Virus record (IMG/VR): IMGVR_UViG_3300028895_000881
Location: 1 to 64,000 of that record
Source of the DNA: a virus
DNA: 64,000 nt
Reading direction: 5' to 3' (one strand)
Part shown: positions 14,956 to 25,324 of the stretch, one piece after another
Position numbering within the stretch: position 1 is the first letter of the stretch
Layout of the letters: every line of letters begins with the position of its first letter
Notes under the pieces: generated by a model
What the model was told of the DNA's origin: nothing
Seen by the model: only the letters and a program-made list of their open reading frames with translations
The model's database searches: none
Made by a program: the position numbers and the translations under genes

Positions 14956-15573
14956 TCACGACAATGCTCCTCGTAGATCCCTGAACGCCTCGTCCCAAGC
15001 GTTCGGGTTCTCCCCTGTCGTTTTCACACCGTAGCTATTTTCGCCAGTCGGCTTGATCTCGAACCCGTGTCGCATACCTAGAGCGAGCTCGACTCTAGGG
15101 TCCGTCGTGTAAAACGGAAGCCACCCCACCGGTTGATGCTCGTCGGCCTTTTGCCGGAACTCTTCGAAGGACGCCCACGGCAGCTCGTAGTCCCGGTCCT
15201 GGAAAATGTAGTCCTCACCGGTCTCGGGGTCCCGAAGCAACAGTCCTGTCGTCTGGATCGCCTCAGCATCCCGCTCGAGGCCGGCGTAGATGTCCTCGAA
15301 CCCGTAGGTGCCGATGTCGTGCCCAGCACAGGAAGGGCCCGTAGGGATTCCATGCTGATGCAACCATGAAACGAGCGGTCTCAACGCCGGATCGACCGTC
15401 CGAAGGAAGTTCGGATCCGTCGGCAGCCCACGCTCCACTGGAGCCTCTCCAGTGGCGGCTGCGTAGTACCAGGGCTCCTTGCGTTTTTCGTGGGGTAGGA
15501 GCCACGCGAATCTATCCCACATTTCGTGGGGCACGAAATCCGGACTGGCGGTGACTCCTCGCATCGTCACCAC
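14956..15573 (-). CDS. Hypothetical protein with GxxTxxSCxGH motif
   Basis: VDPALRPLVSWLHQHGIPTGPSCAGH. Confidence 0.6.
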   Translation of the reverse strand: MVTMRGVTASPDFVPHEMWDRFAWLLPHEKRKEPWYYAAATGEAPVERGLPTDPNFLRTVDPALRPLVSWLHQHGIPTGPSCAGHDIGTYGFEDIYAGLERDAEAIQTTGLLLRDPETGEDYIFQDRDYELPWASFEEFRQKADEHQPVGWLPFYTTDPRVELALGMRHGFEIKPTGENSYGVKTTGENPNAWDEAFRDLRGALS

Positions 15574-15599
15574 AGGTTAGCCCATAGACCAGCTATCGC

Positions 15600-16442
15600 T
15601 TACAACAGGTCGAAGATGCCACCTTCGGGCTCCGAAGCATCTTCGGCTACCTCACCGTCACGGACCCAGTGGGCCTTGCGTTTCTGGAAGTAGTCGAACG
15701 CCTTCTGCTCCACGTCGAACCCGAGGAAGTTCCGGCCGAGGTTGAACGCCGCCTCGCCGCAGGAGCCGCTGCCGGCGAAGGGGTCAAGCACAAGCTCTCC
15801 TTCTTCACTCGACTGCTGAATCAGGAGCTCGAGGAGCTCGACCGGCTTCTCCGTGGGATAGGCGTTCTTGCGCTTGATCCAAGGAACCTGAAGCACACCA
15901 CCGGACTCGTCATCGTCGATCGGGGTGGGCTGCACGTTGCGGACGCTCCGGTTCTTCGGAGCCTTCCTCTTCCCCTTGCGCCCCACCAGGATCATCTCCC
16001 ACTGACTCCGGAACGGGTAGCCCATCCCTGGAGTGCCCGGCGTGTTCGTGTGTGTCAAGACATGCCCGCAGTTCTCGCAGGGGATCTCGACACGCTTGCC
16101 GACCTTCCACCAGATGAGCGACTTGCGGACCTCGTAGCCTGCCTTGCGCATCAAGGGTTTGATGGCTTCAGCCGTCTCTTCGTCGCACATCACGTAGATG
16201 TCTGAGCCACGTTTCATGACGCGGTAGCACTCTTCGAAGAAAGGCTCGAAGTACTCGTTCTGGAGCGTCGGGAACCAGGCGTTGCTCGACTGCTTCGAGT
16301 TCTTGAGGCGCGTCGTCGTCCCCATGTTGCGCCACTTCTCGAGGGACGCATACGCAGGATCGGTCACAACGAGATCGACGGATTTGTCCTCGAGCTCGGC
16401 GAGACCCTTGAGCGCGTCGATCAGCTTGATCTCGTGGCTCAC
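15600..16442 (-). CDS. N6A/N4C DNA methyltransferase (beta class)
   Basis: VDLVVTDPAY (motif IV variant), YPTEKP, VLDPFAGSGS; probable GTG start at 16442. Confidence 0.88.
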   Translation of the reverse strand: MSHEIKLIDALKGLAELEDKSVDLVVTDPAYASLEKWRNMGTTTRLKNSKQSSNAWFPTLQNEYFEPFFEECYRVMKRGSDIYVMCDEETAEAIKPLMRKAGYEVRKSLIWWKVGKRVEIPCENCGHVLTHTNTPGTPGMGYPFRSQWEMILVGRKGKRKAPKNRSVRNVQPTPIDDDESGGVLQVPWIKRKNAYPTEKPVELLELLIQQSSEEGELVLDPFAGSGSCGEAAFNLGRNFLGFDVEQKAFDYFQKRKAHWVRDGEVAEDASEPEGGIFDLL

Positions 16443-16831
16443 TTGTCGTCGAGCTCCTCGAGGTACTCTTCGACAAGGACCTCGAGCTTGTCGCACTGGT
16501 CTTCAGTGAAGCGTCCGATGTGGGCCTCATCCTCGGACATCTCCATGGCCTCCTGCATCCACCCGTAGGCTTCAGAGCGACTCATGTGCTTGTCCTTCCA
16601 AAGCTGGTCGAACGCATCGTGAGCACGCATCCGAGCTTTCTTGGTCTTCTTGTCCGCCGGGATACCGAGCGGTTTCCCAGACTTCTTGTGGGCACCGTGC
16701 GTGGCCTTGCACTTCGGGTAGTTCGAGCAGCCGTAGAAGAGGCCGTACTTGCTATCCCGCAACACCATCGTGCTTCCGCATTCAGGGCACGGATGGTCGA
16801 GCACGGTCCCCAGAGGAAGTACATCATTCAT
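16439..16831 (-). CDS. Topoisomerase-type C4 zinc-ribbon protein (DUF3268-like)
   Basis: CPECGSTMVLRDSKYGLFYGCSNYPKC...RMRAHDAFDQLWK...HIGRF. Confidence 0.75.
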   Translation of the reverse strand: MNDVLPLGTVLDHPCPECGSTMVLRDSKYGLFYGCSNYPKCKATHGAHKKSGKPLGIPADKKTKKARMRAHDAFDQLWKDKHMSRSEAYGWMQEAMEMSEDEAHIGRFTEDQCDKLEVLVEEYLEELDDK

Positions 16832-17271
16832 TGAATCGCCCTATCTCTGAGAGGACACGCTTGGAAGTCAGCAGCGTACTTCTCATTGGTCATCACGCCT
16901 TCGATCGCTTCCGGCTCCCAGCCAGCCCGATTGCCCATCGGTGAGAAGCCAGCACCACAGAGACTGTCGATCTCGGGATCGAACCATGCACACCCCGGGC
17001 ATTTTTCGCAGGGGAAAGTTCGCTCGCCACCGAGGACGTGCATGATGTTGCGCCGCTTCTTCTTTTGCTCCTCAGTCTCCTGCGTACTGTTCGCGTCCAC
17101 ATCACACCCGTAAGACCGCATCTGGGCTTCGAGCGCCAGCGCCTGCTCGTGCGTGCACAGACACTTCAGCAAAGACTCGGGCCTTCCGTCGTAGACCATG
17201 TGCGGGTTACCCTGCACGGCGATACGGAAGGGCTCTCCCCCAGAGACACGAAACGTCCAGAGCTGTTTCAT
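16828..17271 (-). CDS. Cys-rich hypothetical protein
   Basis: Overlap-coupled ORF in the minus-strand gene string. Confidence 0.6.
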   Translation of the reverse strand: MKQLWTFRVSGGEPFRIAVQGNPHMVYDGRPESLLKCLCTHEQALALEAQMRSYGCDVDANSTQETEEQKKKRRNIMHVLGGERTFPCEKCPGCAWFDPEIDSLCGAGFSPMGNRAGWEPEAIEGVMTNEKYAADFQACPLRDRAIQ

Positions 17272-17639
17272 CGCAGAACCTTGAGCTCCCCAGGTTTTTC
17301 ACCTTGTACGACGACACCGCTGGCACTCTGACGCCATGTGTGGAGCAGGATCTGATCCCTGGGCGTCAGTTCGGAGTCGAAACCCAAGAACATGACGTAG
17401 AAGCCCTTACCGTGGACCCCGTTATCGCCTCCTGTGACCGTCACACGGCCTCCACCGGGGCACAACAAGGTGCGGCCCCCCATGGAGGCACCAGACGGCC
17501 TGATGGCTGTGAGAGCCGCCTGGACGCTCTTTTCGGTCTTGCTTTCAGGCGTCACCACGACAACCCAGTCCTTCGTCTTCTGGACATGCTCCAGGGCTGC
17601 TTGGAGTACCGGGATGTGGTTGGACACGAGCGTCACCAT
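17268..17639 (-). CDS. Hypothetical protein
   Basis: Overlap-coupled ORF; TATAAC box upstream. Confidence 0.6.
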   Translation of the reverse strand: MVTLVSNHIPVLQAALEHVQKTKDWVVVVTPESKTEKSVQAALTAIRPSGASMGGRTLLCPGGGRVTVTGGDNGVHGKGFYVMFLGFDSELTPRDQILLHTWRQSASGVVVQGEKPGELKVLR

Positions 17640-17665
17640 CGACCGTTATACCCTATCGTAGATTT

Positions 17666-18763
17666 TCACGTATCGTACAGAACCGCGCGCCAGCCGACGC
17701 GCCGCTCGCTGATCGTATTGATGGTGGCCACGGCCAGGTGGTACTGGGTGTAGCGACTGGCCTCTCCCTGGAGTTTTCGCTTCAGTTTGGCCGTCAGAGA
17801 CATAGCCGCCGTGTCGATGAAATTGAAGTTAGGGTTGCGCTCGGACTGGCCTCCATCGATCTGCATGGCCCACTCTTCGTCACAGACAACGTTAGCCTTC
17901 TCGAGATCCCTGGAGTTGCCCATGCGAAGCGCGCTGTACCCCTCTCGAGTCAGCGCAGTGAGGATCATGTTGGCGATTACCGGAACGGCTGAACGCCGCC
18001 CTTGCGTGCTCGTCAACGCTTTGTGGGCAAGCTCCTGTTTCTCCGCAAAAGGCATCCGAGCCAACTCAGCACCCGTGGGTGCCTTGACCTCCCGAATTGC
18101 AGCCCGCTGTCCCGGGGTGTACCCGGGCACCGCCACACCGCGCTCGGTCTCTTGACGAACAAGGCCCGTCACCGGAGCTCCGCTATCGGCCACGGCGCCC
18201 AGCATCTTCTCGACCTTCTTCTGTCGTTCGACTTGAGCCTCACCGAGCTCGAGGGCGACCTCTTCACTTGCGGTGCGCAACATGGCTCCGAGTGCTACGG
18301 GGTTGCGCGCCATCGACTTCACCGGAACAGCCGGAGTGCCTCCCTCGGGCATCGCTCCCGTCCGAAGCTCAGGGATGTCACCGTCGAACTGAAGGAGCTC
18401 GACAATCATCCCCATCAGGAGAGGATGGAGCATCTTGTAGTCGGGGCGGTCTTCGAAGGGCTGAAAAATGAGGTCCTCGTCTGAGAACCCCCATCGATCG
18501 AGCATCTTCTCGCGGTCGGGAAAGTGAGCCAGGTCCGTCGAGCCGGGCTTGATCTGGAACGCCTCGAACATTGCCTTCTCGGCGCTGTCCTGGAAATCCT
18601 TGTTCTGAGCCGCGACACGCCAAATCTCCTTCACGGCTTCCTTGGGGTCCCGCGTTCCTGCCCGAGCCGAGGCCACCAAGTCTTCGAGTTGCGGGTTCTT
18701 GGCGAGGAACTCAACGCCGAACCGTTCGACAGCCTCGAGGAACTTCTGATCGTCGTCGCTCAT
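17666..18763 (-). CDS. Hypothetical protein
   Basis: About 365 aa from MSDDDQK; start overlaps the upstream stop. Confidence 0.7.
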   Translation of the reverse strand: MSDDDQKFLEAVERFGVEFLAKNPQLEDLVASARAGTRDPKEAVKEIWRVAAQNKDFQDSAEKAMFEAFQIKPGSTDLAHFPDREKMLDRWGFSDEDLIFQPFEDRPDYKMLHPLLMGMIVELLQFDGDIPELRTGAMPEGGTPAVPVKSMARNPVALGAMLRTASEEVALELGEAQVERQKKVEKMLGAVADSGAPVTGLVRQETERGVAVPGYTPGQRAAIREVKAPTGAELARMPFAEKQELAHKALTSTQGRRSAVPVIANMILTALTREGYSALRMGNSRDLEKANVVCDEEWAMQIDGGQSERNPNFNFIDTAAMSLTAKLKRKLQGEASRYTQYHLAVATINTISERRVGWRAVLYDT

Positions 18764-19806
18764 TTTTTCTTCTTGCCCTTGATGGTGACTTGGGCGCCCG
18801 GCTTCACCACAGGAGCCGTTGGGATCTCCCATGGGTTCTGAGACTTGGCGGGGCCACGAGGCTGCACACCCTGGTCCGGCCCACTGCCACCGCCAATCAT
18901 AACCCCACCTTGAGGCATGGGGGTGTTCATCGGCCGCTGAGGAGGTGGAAGCCGAGGGTCTCGAGGCGGGGGCGGCTGTTTGGGAGGTGTCTTCGGAGTA
19001 GCCGGTGCCGTTCCACTCGGAGGACTTCCGCCACCACCCTCGTCATCGTCATCGTCATCGTCTTCTTCGGCCTGACGAAGCTGGTCTTCGTACCAGGCTC
19101 GCACAGTATCGACGTGCTTGCACTTGCTGGTGTACCGGAAGCCGTCGCAGTCACAGCCCCACTTACCGTTCTTGTCGAGGGTGACGTGGTAGTTGCGAGT
19201 GCCATCCGAGCTCGGGAACTGCGTCTCGTACTCGTAGGGACTCTCCTCTTCCGGCTCAGGCTCCGGTGCAGGAGGATCTTGTTGCTGGAAGTGGGCCGGC
19301 GCGTCTTCACCTTCAGGACGGGGAAGGTTCGGTTCTTCCTTGCCTCGGGCCTTGGCCAGCTTCTTGACGGCCTCGTCGAACTGATCGGTGGTGTCGGGAG
19401 CTGCGACCTTGTCGATGCCGTCCGTCGGTTGGTCGGGGATGCTCCAGTCCTGACGTTGTCGAGCGATCTCCAGGCGCATCATCTTATGGCCGATGTCCTC
19501 GAAGGCTTGCTCGGCGATGTGCCTGTGATACTCACTTGTGAGATCAGAAAACTCGGGGTCGTTGAGCAAGTAATCCACCTGCTCCGCCATGCGAGTGTGC
19601 CAAGGACTCACGGAACCCTTGGCACGAACACAGTCTGCGTTCTTGCAGATACGGCAGAAGGTCTTCTCGAAAACGTGAGCGTCCGGGCGGAACCACTCTT
19701 TGCCGGGCTCGTTACACCCGGCAAAGAGATCCCGCTTTTCGCGGGGCGCCATCCCAATGACTCGGTCCTCGGGACTGAGCTTGAGCCGTTTGGGTTTCTT
19801 GGGCAT
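18760..19806 (-). CDS. SWIM zinc-finger protein with acidic/Pro-rich tail
   Basis: YHVT...WGCDCDGFRYTSKCKHV (CxCx7CKH). Confidence 0.7.
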   Translation of the reverse strand: MPKKPKRLKLSPEDRVIGMAPREKRDLFAGCNEPGKEWFRPDAHVFEKTFCRICKNADCVRAKGSVSPWHTRMAEQVDYLLNDPEFSDLTSEYHRHIAEQAFEDIGHKMMRLEIARQRQDWSIPDQPTDGIDKVAAPDTTDQFDEAVKKLAKARGKEEPNLPRPEGEDAPAHFQQQDPPAPEPEPEEESPYEYETQFPSSDGTRNYHVTLDKNGKWGCDCDGFRYTSKCKHVDTVRAWYEDQLRQAEEDDDDDDDEGGGGSPPSGTAPATPKTPPKQPPPPRDPRLPPPQRPMNTPMPQGGVMIGGGSGPDQGVQPRGPAKSQNPWEIPTAPVVKPGAQVTIKGKKKK

Positions 19807-20462
19807 CAGTCTTCCGCAAGGGCATCGAGAAGATCATCCGCAAGGCCAGGAGCTTCCTTGACCTCTTCCTCCTCGGGATCCTCTTCCAAGCCCAAATCGG
19901 CGGTGGCCGCGTCGAGATCTTCGGCGATGTACTCGTCCGGGTTCTCGAGTGCGTCCGTCAGCGGCTTGACCGTGGGCTCCGTGCTCGGAGGAGTATCCGG
20001 CTCGGAGTCCAGGATGCCGCTCTCGATCGCCTTCTCGGCAAGCTCCTGCTTCGACACCGGCTCGTGACGAGCAGGCTCAGTGGGAGTGGGATCGACAGGA
20101 GTCTCTTGTTCGGCAAGAGGTTCGGGCGCGAGCTTGCCCGTCTTCATGTCGTCCCATCGCATTTGACGCTTGACCGGGAGCCATGGCTCCGTCTCGATGA
20201 CATGCGGTCGTCCCGGTCGAGGGTTCTGCTTGAGAGCCAGCTTGCAGTCCAGACAACGCGGGCCCATCACCATGAGCCCGCAGTTTTCCTGCCAGACCTT
20301 GAGGTGCTGGTGCTGGTTCTGATCGATGGCCCCCTGCTTCCACAGGTTGTCGATGTCGTCAGGCGTCGAGCCGTACATCTGCGGCGGCGGAAAAGTCTTC
20401 TTGTGGGTGCACTCGAGAGTGATCTCTCGGCCTTGATAGTTGACGGTCAGTGGTTTCAGCAT
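19806..20462 (-). CDS. Hypothetical protein with acidic C-terminus
   Basis: 218-aa ORF directly downstream of the polymerase. Confidence 0.65.
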   Translation of the reverse strand: MLKPLTVNYQGREITLECTHKKTFPPPQMYGSTPDDIDNLWKQGAIDQNQHQHLKVWQENCGLMVMGPRCLDCKLALKQNPRPGRPHVIETEPWLPVKRQMRWDDMKTGKLAPEPLAEQETPVDPTPTEPARHEPVSKQELAEKAIESGILDSEPDTPPSTEPTVKPLTDALENPDEYIAEDLDAATADLGLEEDPEEEEVKEAPGLADDLLDALAED

Positions 20463-20466
20463 TTGG

Positions 20467-23400
20467 TCAGATCCCGTGGTAGCTGGCTGCGGTTTCGAAC
20501 TCGATGGGGTTGACCCGGATGGTTGCCCCCTCCCACAGAACCGACTCGCCCGTGGGTCCGATAACGTGCAGAGGATGAGACCCCCTGCCCTGACACTGTA
20601 CGATCACTCGGGCCAGTTTTTCCGCCACACCCACACCAAGTTCACGAAGGCGGTACTGGAAGGTCTCTCCCTTCTCCAGGGTAGCCACAGACAGCCGTTG
20701 TGGGAGGGCCTCGGGTGCGGAGGGGGCCTCGGGTGCCGACGAGCCCAAAGACGCTGAGGGAGCTTCCTGTGGCTTCTCCGAGGCCGTCTCCTGCGGTTGA
20801 GGCGCAGTCGCCGCTTCGAGCAGCGGTGTTTCGGGCTCAGAAGGCTTATCTGTAAGCGGAAGAGGCTGCCAGTCCGGACCGAAGAACTTTTTACCTTCTT
20901 CTTCGGTCAGGTTTTCAACAACAGGCGCATACCCGTAGACCGGCCCGAAGATTTTCACGTATTCGGCAGGCCACTGCTTGGCCTTGAGCTTGCCTGTCTC
21001 CTTGTCCCGGAACAGGCGTCCCTTCTCGTCAGTCTGGAACCCGTCAGGACGTACGCGCTTGTACTTGAAGTCCTTGAGGTCGTAGGGGACCGTCCAGTCA
21101 GGACCAATCTCGCAGTCCGTGGTCAACGGCACACGCCACTTGAGGTTCAGTAGGGTCTTGTTCCGAGTCATGATCTGCTGGAACAACTCGAGAGCTTCAG
21201 CCGCGACGCTCTTGTGCACCTCAAAAACAAGCTCGTCGTGAATCGTGATGATCATGCGAACCTTGTCGAACCACTCACGCTTTTTCACCTCACGGTAGAT
21301 GAGCGCCATCGCCAGCTTGGTGATGTCGGCACTCAACCCTTGGATTGGTCCGTTAGTCGCGTTGCGCTCAGCCTTCGCCTTGAACTTCCGGTTGAACTCC
21401 ATGAAGCGACGCACGTCCGCATCGGTCGGAGGCTTCGCGTCCTTCCCCGCTGCCTTCTTTGCCTCGTACTTCTCCTTGAGGCTTCGAGCCACATCACGCT
21501 GGCTCGTCGGCAATCGAATATCCGGCAACGGGTAGTGGCGACCAAAGGCCGTCGCCACGTAGCCGTGCTTGCGACCGAAGCTTTTGGTCTGGTCCCACCA
21601 CGCCTTCAGCGTCCCGTAGGTCTCGTTGAAAGTCCGGTGGTGCCGTGCGGCTTCTTGGTCGGAACAGCCCTCGATGGCACGCATGATGGCGCTCGGGCCA
21701 CCGCCATAAGCCATCGCAAAGTTGGCCGACTTCGCACCCTGGCGCAGGCCCTTGCCCTCCTTCGTTGCCATGCGTTCCTCACCGTAGAAGGTGATGGCCG
21801 TGAGCGTGTGGAGGTCACCGATACGGTCGTCACCGCATTTGGGACAATAGGCTGGAGGTGCTTCCGGGGTATAGGTGCCGTCGCCACTATCGAACTCGTG
21901 GCCACAGGTGCTGCACCGGAAATACTCAGCCAGCCACTTAGGCTCACCCGACAAGATGGTAGCGATGCGGAGCTCAACACCACCAAAGTCACAATTGTGA
22001 GCCAGAATCCCGCTCACTTGCAGCCGGTGACCGTCTGGAACGGATACGTCATAGACTTCCACAGTGCCACTGTTCGTGACCTGTTTAACGGTGTCGAACA
22101 GAAGTGGGCCGTCCAGAAGAATCTCCATCCAATCGTCGTCTAGGTCTTCTGGACACGAGAGGGCGGCTTGCAAAAGCGCACGGCTGACACGACCTTTCCG
22201 ACGCCCATTGGAATGAACCCGATTGGTTTCAGCGTGACGCTGCCGCACAACAGCTTTTTTGGCCAAACCCAACGGGATGAATTCAGTCATATCCCGGTTG
22301 CGTCCTGCACGAAGCAAAAGATCGAGTTCCAGGGTTTTCCGGGGGCTTGCCATGCCGATCCGATCTCGGAACCGTTCCAGGTTTCGAATCCCTGTGATCG
22401 ACATCTCCCACCCTTCGGCGCGGCCAAAATTTGTTTCCCGCTCTACCCAAACCCTTTTGGCCTGAACCCCATGCTGAAGCAGGAGAAGCTGAACTTGCTG
22501 TGCCATCCTGCTGGAAGAAATCCAGATACGGACCCCATCCCCTCCTCGGTTGCTAACACTTCCGTCAGCATCGAAAAGCCCACGCAAAAAGGCAGCCGTC
22601 ACCTCTGGCCCACCTTGAAGAACACACTCAGGCACACTCAGATCGTGTACATCCGTGGCCGCTTTACCCGTAAGAGTATTGAGCCATCGACAAAGTGGTC
22701 GAGAGTTGATCGACACATCTCCGTTTGCGCGATGTGTGAACTCCCGATCGAAAAGAGACTTAGCAGCTCGGTTCACATGGGGAAGCACCGCATCAATGTC
22801 ACTACCCAAAGCAAGATTTACCGCAACCATCTCACCTTTATCGTGGGAGATCGAACCGTCTCCCAAGAACCGCCCGAGAAACTCTGCCAAGTCTTCAGAC
22901 ATGTGCCGAGGCACGCGAAGGGGGTACTTTTCCTCCTGGGCGCGGGCTCGAGCATTCTTCGACCAAGGAACATCGGGAAGTTGCGAACTAACCCCTTTTG
23001 CTGTTCCTGTGGCTTGACACACCCAGTCGCCGGGGACCAGGTCCCCGGCTTCTTTCCACTCAAAGCCACCATCCCCGGCCACAAGGATCCGGTGGTCTCG
23101 AGTCACGCGAAGATGGAACCCTTTGTTTGTCCGTACTGTAACTGTGGGCTTGGTTCCGGTGTAGCCGGACCATTTCACCTGTTTGTACCCGCTCTCGGTG
23201 AGAACTTGGTCAGTATCCGTCACGTCTTCGACTGGAATAAGACCACGAGCAGTCGAAACCAAACTACCCTTGGCAAAACAAGCGGCCATGATCCAGTCGG
23301 GGTCACGCACCATGATGGCCTCACGGATGCGGAGCAGACACTGGGGGCGCTTCTTCTGGTACGTGGCCGGCGTCCCGTGCATCGGATACTTCGTGCCGCC

Positions 23401-24786
23401 ATCGATCTCGGGTCGCTTGGAGGAAGGCGTCGTGAAGCGACCCGTATCCGTGCCGAGCTGGTTGTAGTTGACACGCAGGGTTCCGTCAGGGCCCACGTCA
23501 CGGTGCAGCGAAATCAAGTACGTGCCAAGAGCCTTTTGAAGCTCACCCAGGCGCTTGATCTTCGGAAGGAACGGGTAGCGGTGTCCGTACTTGTCGTTGA
23601 GCCGGTCGATCTCCGACTGCGTCGTCATGATCTGCTCGGACTTCTCGGTGCGGCGCAGGTCGGGGATCTTGAGCTCTTCGAACAGGTAGCCAAGCTGCTC
23701 GCGGCTGAGGATGTCGTACTTCTCGGCGTGCCCGCTGGCGGTCTTGACGTAGTGACCGTCGGTGTCGAGATCGTCCATCTTCTTGCGCAGAGCTTCGCCA
23801 CGCAGGTCTTCGATCTGTTTGTTGATCGGGAAGGTGGCGTCGTCGGGGATGAAATTGTCCCGAAGGAGACGCACCCATCCGGGCTCGATGTTGCGGCCGA
23901 GGGTCTTGTTGCAAAAGTCGTAGACCTCGGTGATGCACTCGAAGTACTCGATCTGCCCGATCTGGATCAGCTCGTTGACCTTCTTCGGATCGATCCAGAC
24001 ACGGCAACGCTCCATCCACCGAGTCGCCGGCAGGCACATCTTTTCCAGACGGTAGACGACTTCCTGCCCTCGAGCTCGGTTGCCCTCCGGCATCACCACC
24101 TGCGGCTGTAGGACTTTGAAGAGCTGGTAGGTGCAGATGGCATCGGAGCAGGCGTACCAGATACACGGGTCCCAGGACGGGTCGAGCTCGGCGAAGTTGA
24201 TCTTGCCCTTGCGCTTCTTGACCTCGTCCTTGCCGAAGAGGTCTTCGAGCTCGATCATCTCCTTGTCGAGCTCCACCTTGCTCAGGTGCTTCAACCCCTT
24301 ATTGCGTTCACGAGTGTTACGAAGCCATGCGAGAATGAGTGTGTCCTCAAATTTGAGCGGGTCGTCCCAGACACCCAAAGTCGTACCGGGGTTGTGCTGG
24401 AGAAACTCCTGGTCAAATTTGGCGTTGTGGAAGATGGCTGTGGCTTCGGATTCGATGAGTCGAGCCATCTCTTTGTTGAAGAGGGAGAGCGGCAGGTTGT
24501 GCTTCTCACCTTTCATGTGACGGACGGGGATGTAGTAGCCCCGCTTGCCGTCCGGACTGAGACACGCGCCGACGATCTTGTCCTTCGTGCCCCCCATCTC
24601 GGAGAAGTAGCGATTGTCGAGGCCCGTCGTTTCGAGGTCGAGCGCATAGAGGCCAGCTTCGATGCACTCGTCGATCACACGTTCGATGGTCTCGGCCGTG
24701 ACGAGCTCCATCGTCACGTTGTTCATCCAAGGTTTCTTGGTGATGTCTGGGCGGGTTGCTTCTTCCAGAGAGTCCAGAAAGTTCAT
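20467..24786 (-). CDS. polA: Family A DNA polymerase with 3'-5' exonuclease, intein-containing
   Basis: LDLETTG (ExoI), HNAKFD, TDTGRF, motif A DFGGVELRI, motif B RQGAKSANFAMAYG, NGPIQG, motif C TIHDELVFEV. Confidence 0.95.
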   Translation of the reverse strand: MNFLDSLEEATRPDITKKPWMNNVTMELVTAETIERVIDECIEAGLYALDLETTGLDNRYFSEMGGTKDKIVGACLSPDGKRGYYIPVRHMKGEKHNLPLSLFNKEMARLIESEATAIFHNAKFDQEFLQHNPGTTLGVWDDPLKFEDTLILAWLRNTRERNKGLKHLSKVELDKEMIELEDLFGKDEVKKRKGKINFAELDPSWDPCIWYACSDAICTYQLFKVLQPQVVMPEGNRARGQEVVYRLEKMCLPATRWMERCRVWIDPKKVNELIQIGQIEYFECITEVYDFCNKTLGRNIEPGWVRLLRDNFIPDDATFPINKQIEDLRGEALRKKMDDLDTDGHYVKTASGHAEKYDILSREQLGYLFEELKIPDLRRTEKSEQIMTTQSEIDRLNDKYGHRYPFLPKIKRLGELQKALGTYLISLHRDVGPDGTLRVNYNQLGTDTGRFTTPSSKRPEIDGGTKYPMHGTPATYQKKRPQCLLRIREAIMVRDPDWIMAACFAKGSLVSTARGLIPVEDVTDTDQVLTESGYKQVKWSGYTGTKPTVTVRTNKGFHLRVTRDHRILVAGDGGFEWKEAGDLVPGDWVCQATGTAKGVSSQLPDVPWSKNARARAQEEKYPLRVPRHMSEDLAEFLGRFLGDGSISHDKGEMVAVNLALGSDIDAVLPHVNRAAKSLFDREFTHRANGDVSINSRPLCRWLNTLTGKAATDVHDLSVPECVLQGGPEVTAAFLRGLFDADGSVSNRGGDGVRIWISSSRMAQQVQLLLLQHGVQAKRVWVERETNFGRAEGWEMSITGIRNLERFRDRIGMASPRKTLELDLLLRAGRNRDMTEFIPLGLAKKAVVRQRHAETNRVHSNGRRKGRVSRALLQAALSCPEDLDDDWMEILLDGPLLFDTVKQVTNSGTVEVYDVSVPDGHRLQVSGILAHNCDFGGVELRIATILSGEPKWLAEYFRCSTCGHEFDSGDGTYTPEAPPAYCPKCGDDRIGDLHTLTAITFYGEERMATKEGKGLRQGAKSANFAMAYGGGPSAIMRAIEGCSDQEAARHHRTFNETYGTLKAWWDQTKSFGRKHGYVATAFGRHYPLPDIRLPTSQRDVARSLKEKYEAKKAAGKDAKPPTDADVRRFMEFNRKFKAKAERNATNGPIQGLSADITKLAMALIYREVKKREWFDKVRMIITIHDELVFEVHKSVAAEALELFQQIMTRNKTLLNLKWRVPLTTDCEIGPDWTVPYDLKDFKYKRVRPDGFQTDEKGRLFRDKETGKLKAKQWPAEYVKIFGPVYGYAPVVENLTEEEGKKFFGPDWQPLPLTDKPSEPETPLLEAATAPQPQETASEKPQEAPSASLGSSAPEAPSAPEALPQRLSVATLEKGETFQYRLRELGVGVAEKLARVIVQCQGRGSHPLHVIGPTGESVLWEGATIRVNPIEFETAASYHGI
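21994..23280 (-). mobile_element. Intein with LAGLIDADG endonuclease in DNA polymerase motif A
   Basis: Begins CFAKGSLV, ends VYDVSV..GILAHN followed by C; FLGRFLGDG and FLRGLFDADG. Confidence 0.92.
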
Positions 24787-24820
24787 TCGTGCCTCGCTCC
24801 GGGGTTCTACGCCCCAGAAT

Positions 24821-25324
24821 TCAACGAAGCGTGAACTCGGGACCCTTCACCACGAAAACGTACCGGCCTTCGTCCCACGCTTGCCCGACAGCAACCGCAA
24901 TCTGTCTAAGCGTGCGATCTTCGCAGGGTGCCAGGTAGCACTCTGGGAGCTTGCCTGACCCCGGGGTGCAATGAGATCCCGCCAGTTCACACGAGCCCTG
25001 CTGCGCCTCGAGGCACATGCGATCCTCCATCGTCAAACGCAAGGGACGACCTTTTGGCGGACGCCCCAACATTTCAAGAAGCATGTCCGGGTGCCCATGC
25101 AGGGCATGGGAAAGCGCCTCACCGGTTACCGTAGGAACCTGCTCACCCCAACTCGTTCCCTTCAAAGGGAGCATGGCGCCCCACGGTTCGTGAGGAAGCG
25201 GAAGGGGGTAGAGCACAGGCACTCGACGGAACCGCACGGGGTCATCGATCATGGCGTATCGGAGACCGTCGAGGGGGTTGTCGAAAGTGCGTGGCCCTTT
25301 GCCCCTCACGACATCTCCTTGCAT
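24821..25324 (-). CDS. Hypothetical protein
   Basis: 167-aa ORF in the gene string. Confidence 0.55.
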   Translation of the reverse strand: MQGDVVRGKGPRTFDNPLDGLRYAMIDDPVRFRRVPVLYPLPLPHEPWGAMLPLKGTSWGEQVPTVTGEALSHALHGHPDMLLEMLGRPPKGRPLRLTMEDRMCLEAQQGSCELAGSHCTPGSGKLPECYLAPCEDRTLRQIAVAVGQAWDEGRYVFVVKGPEFTLR

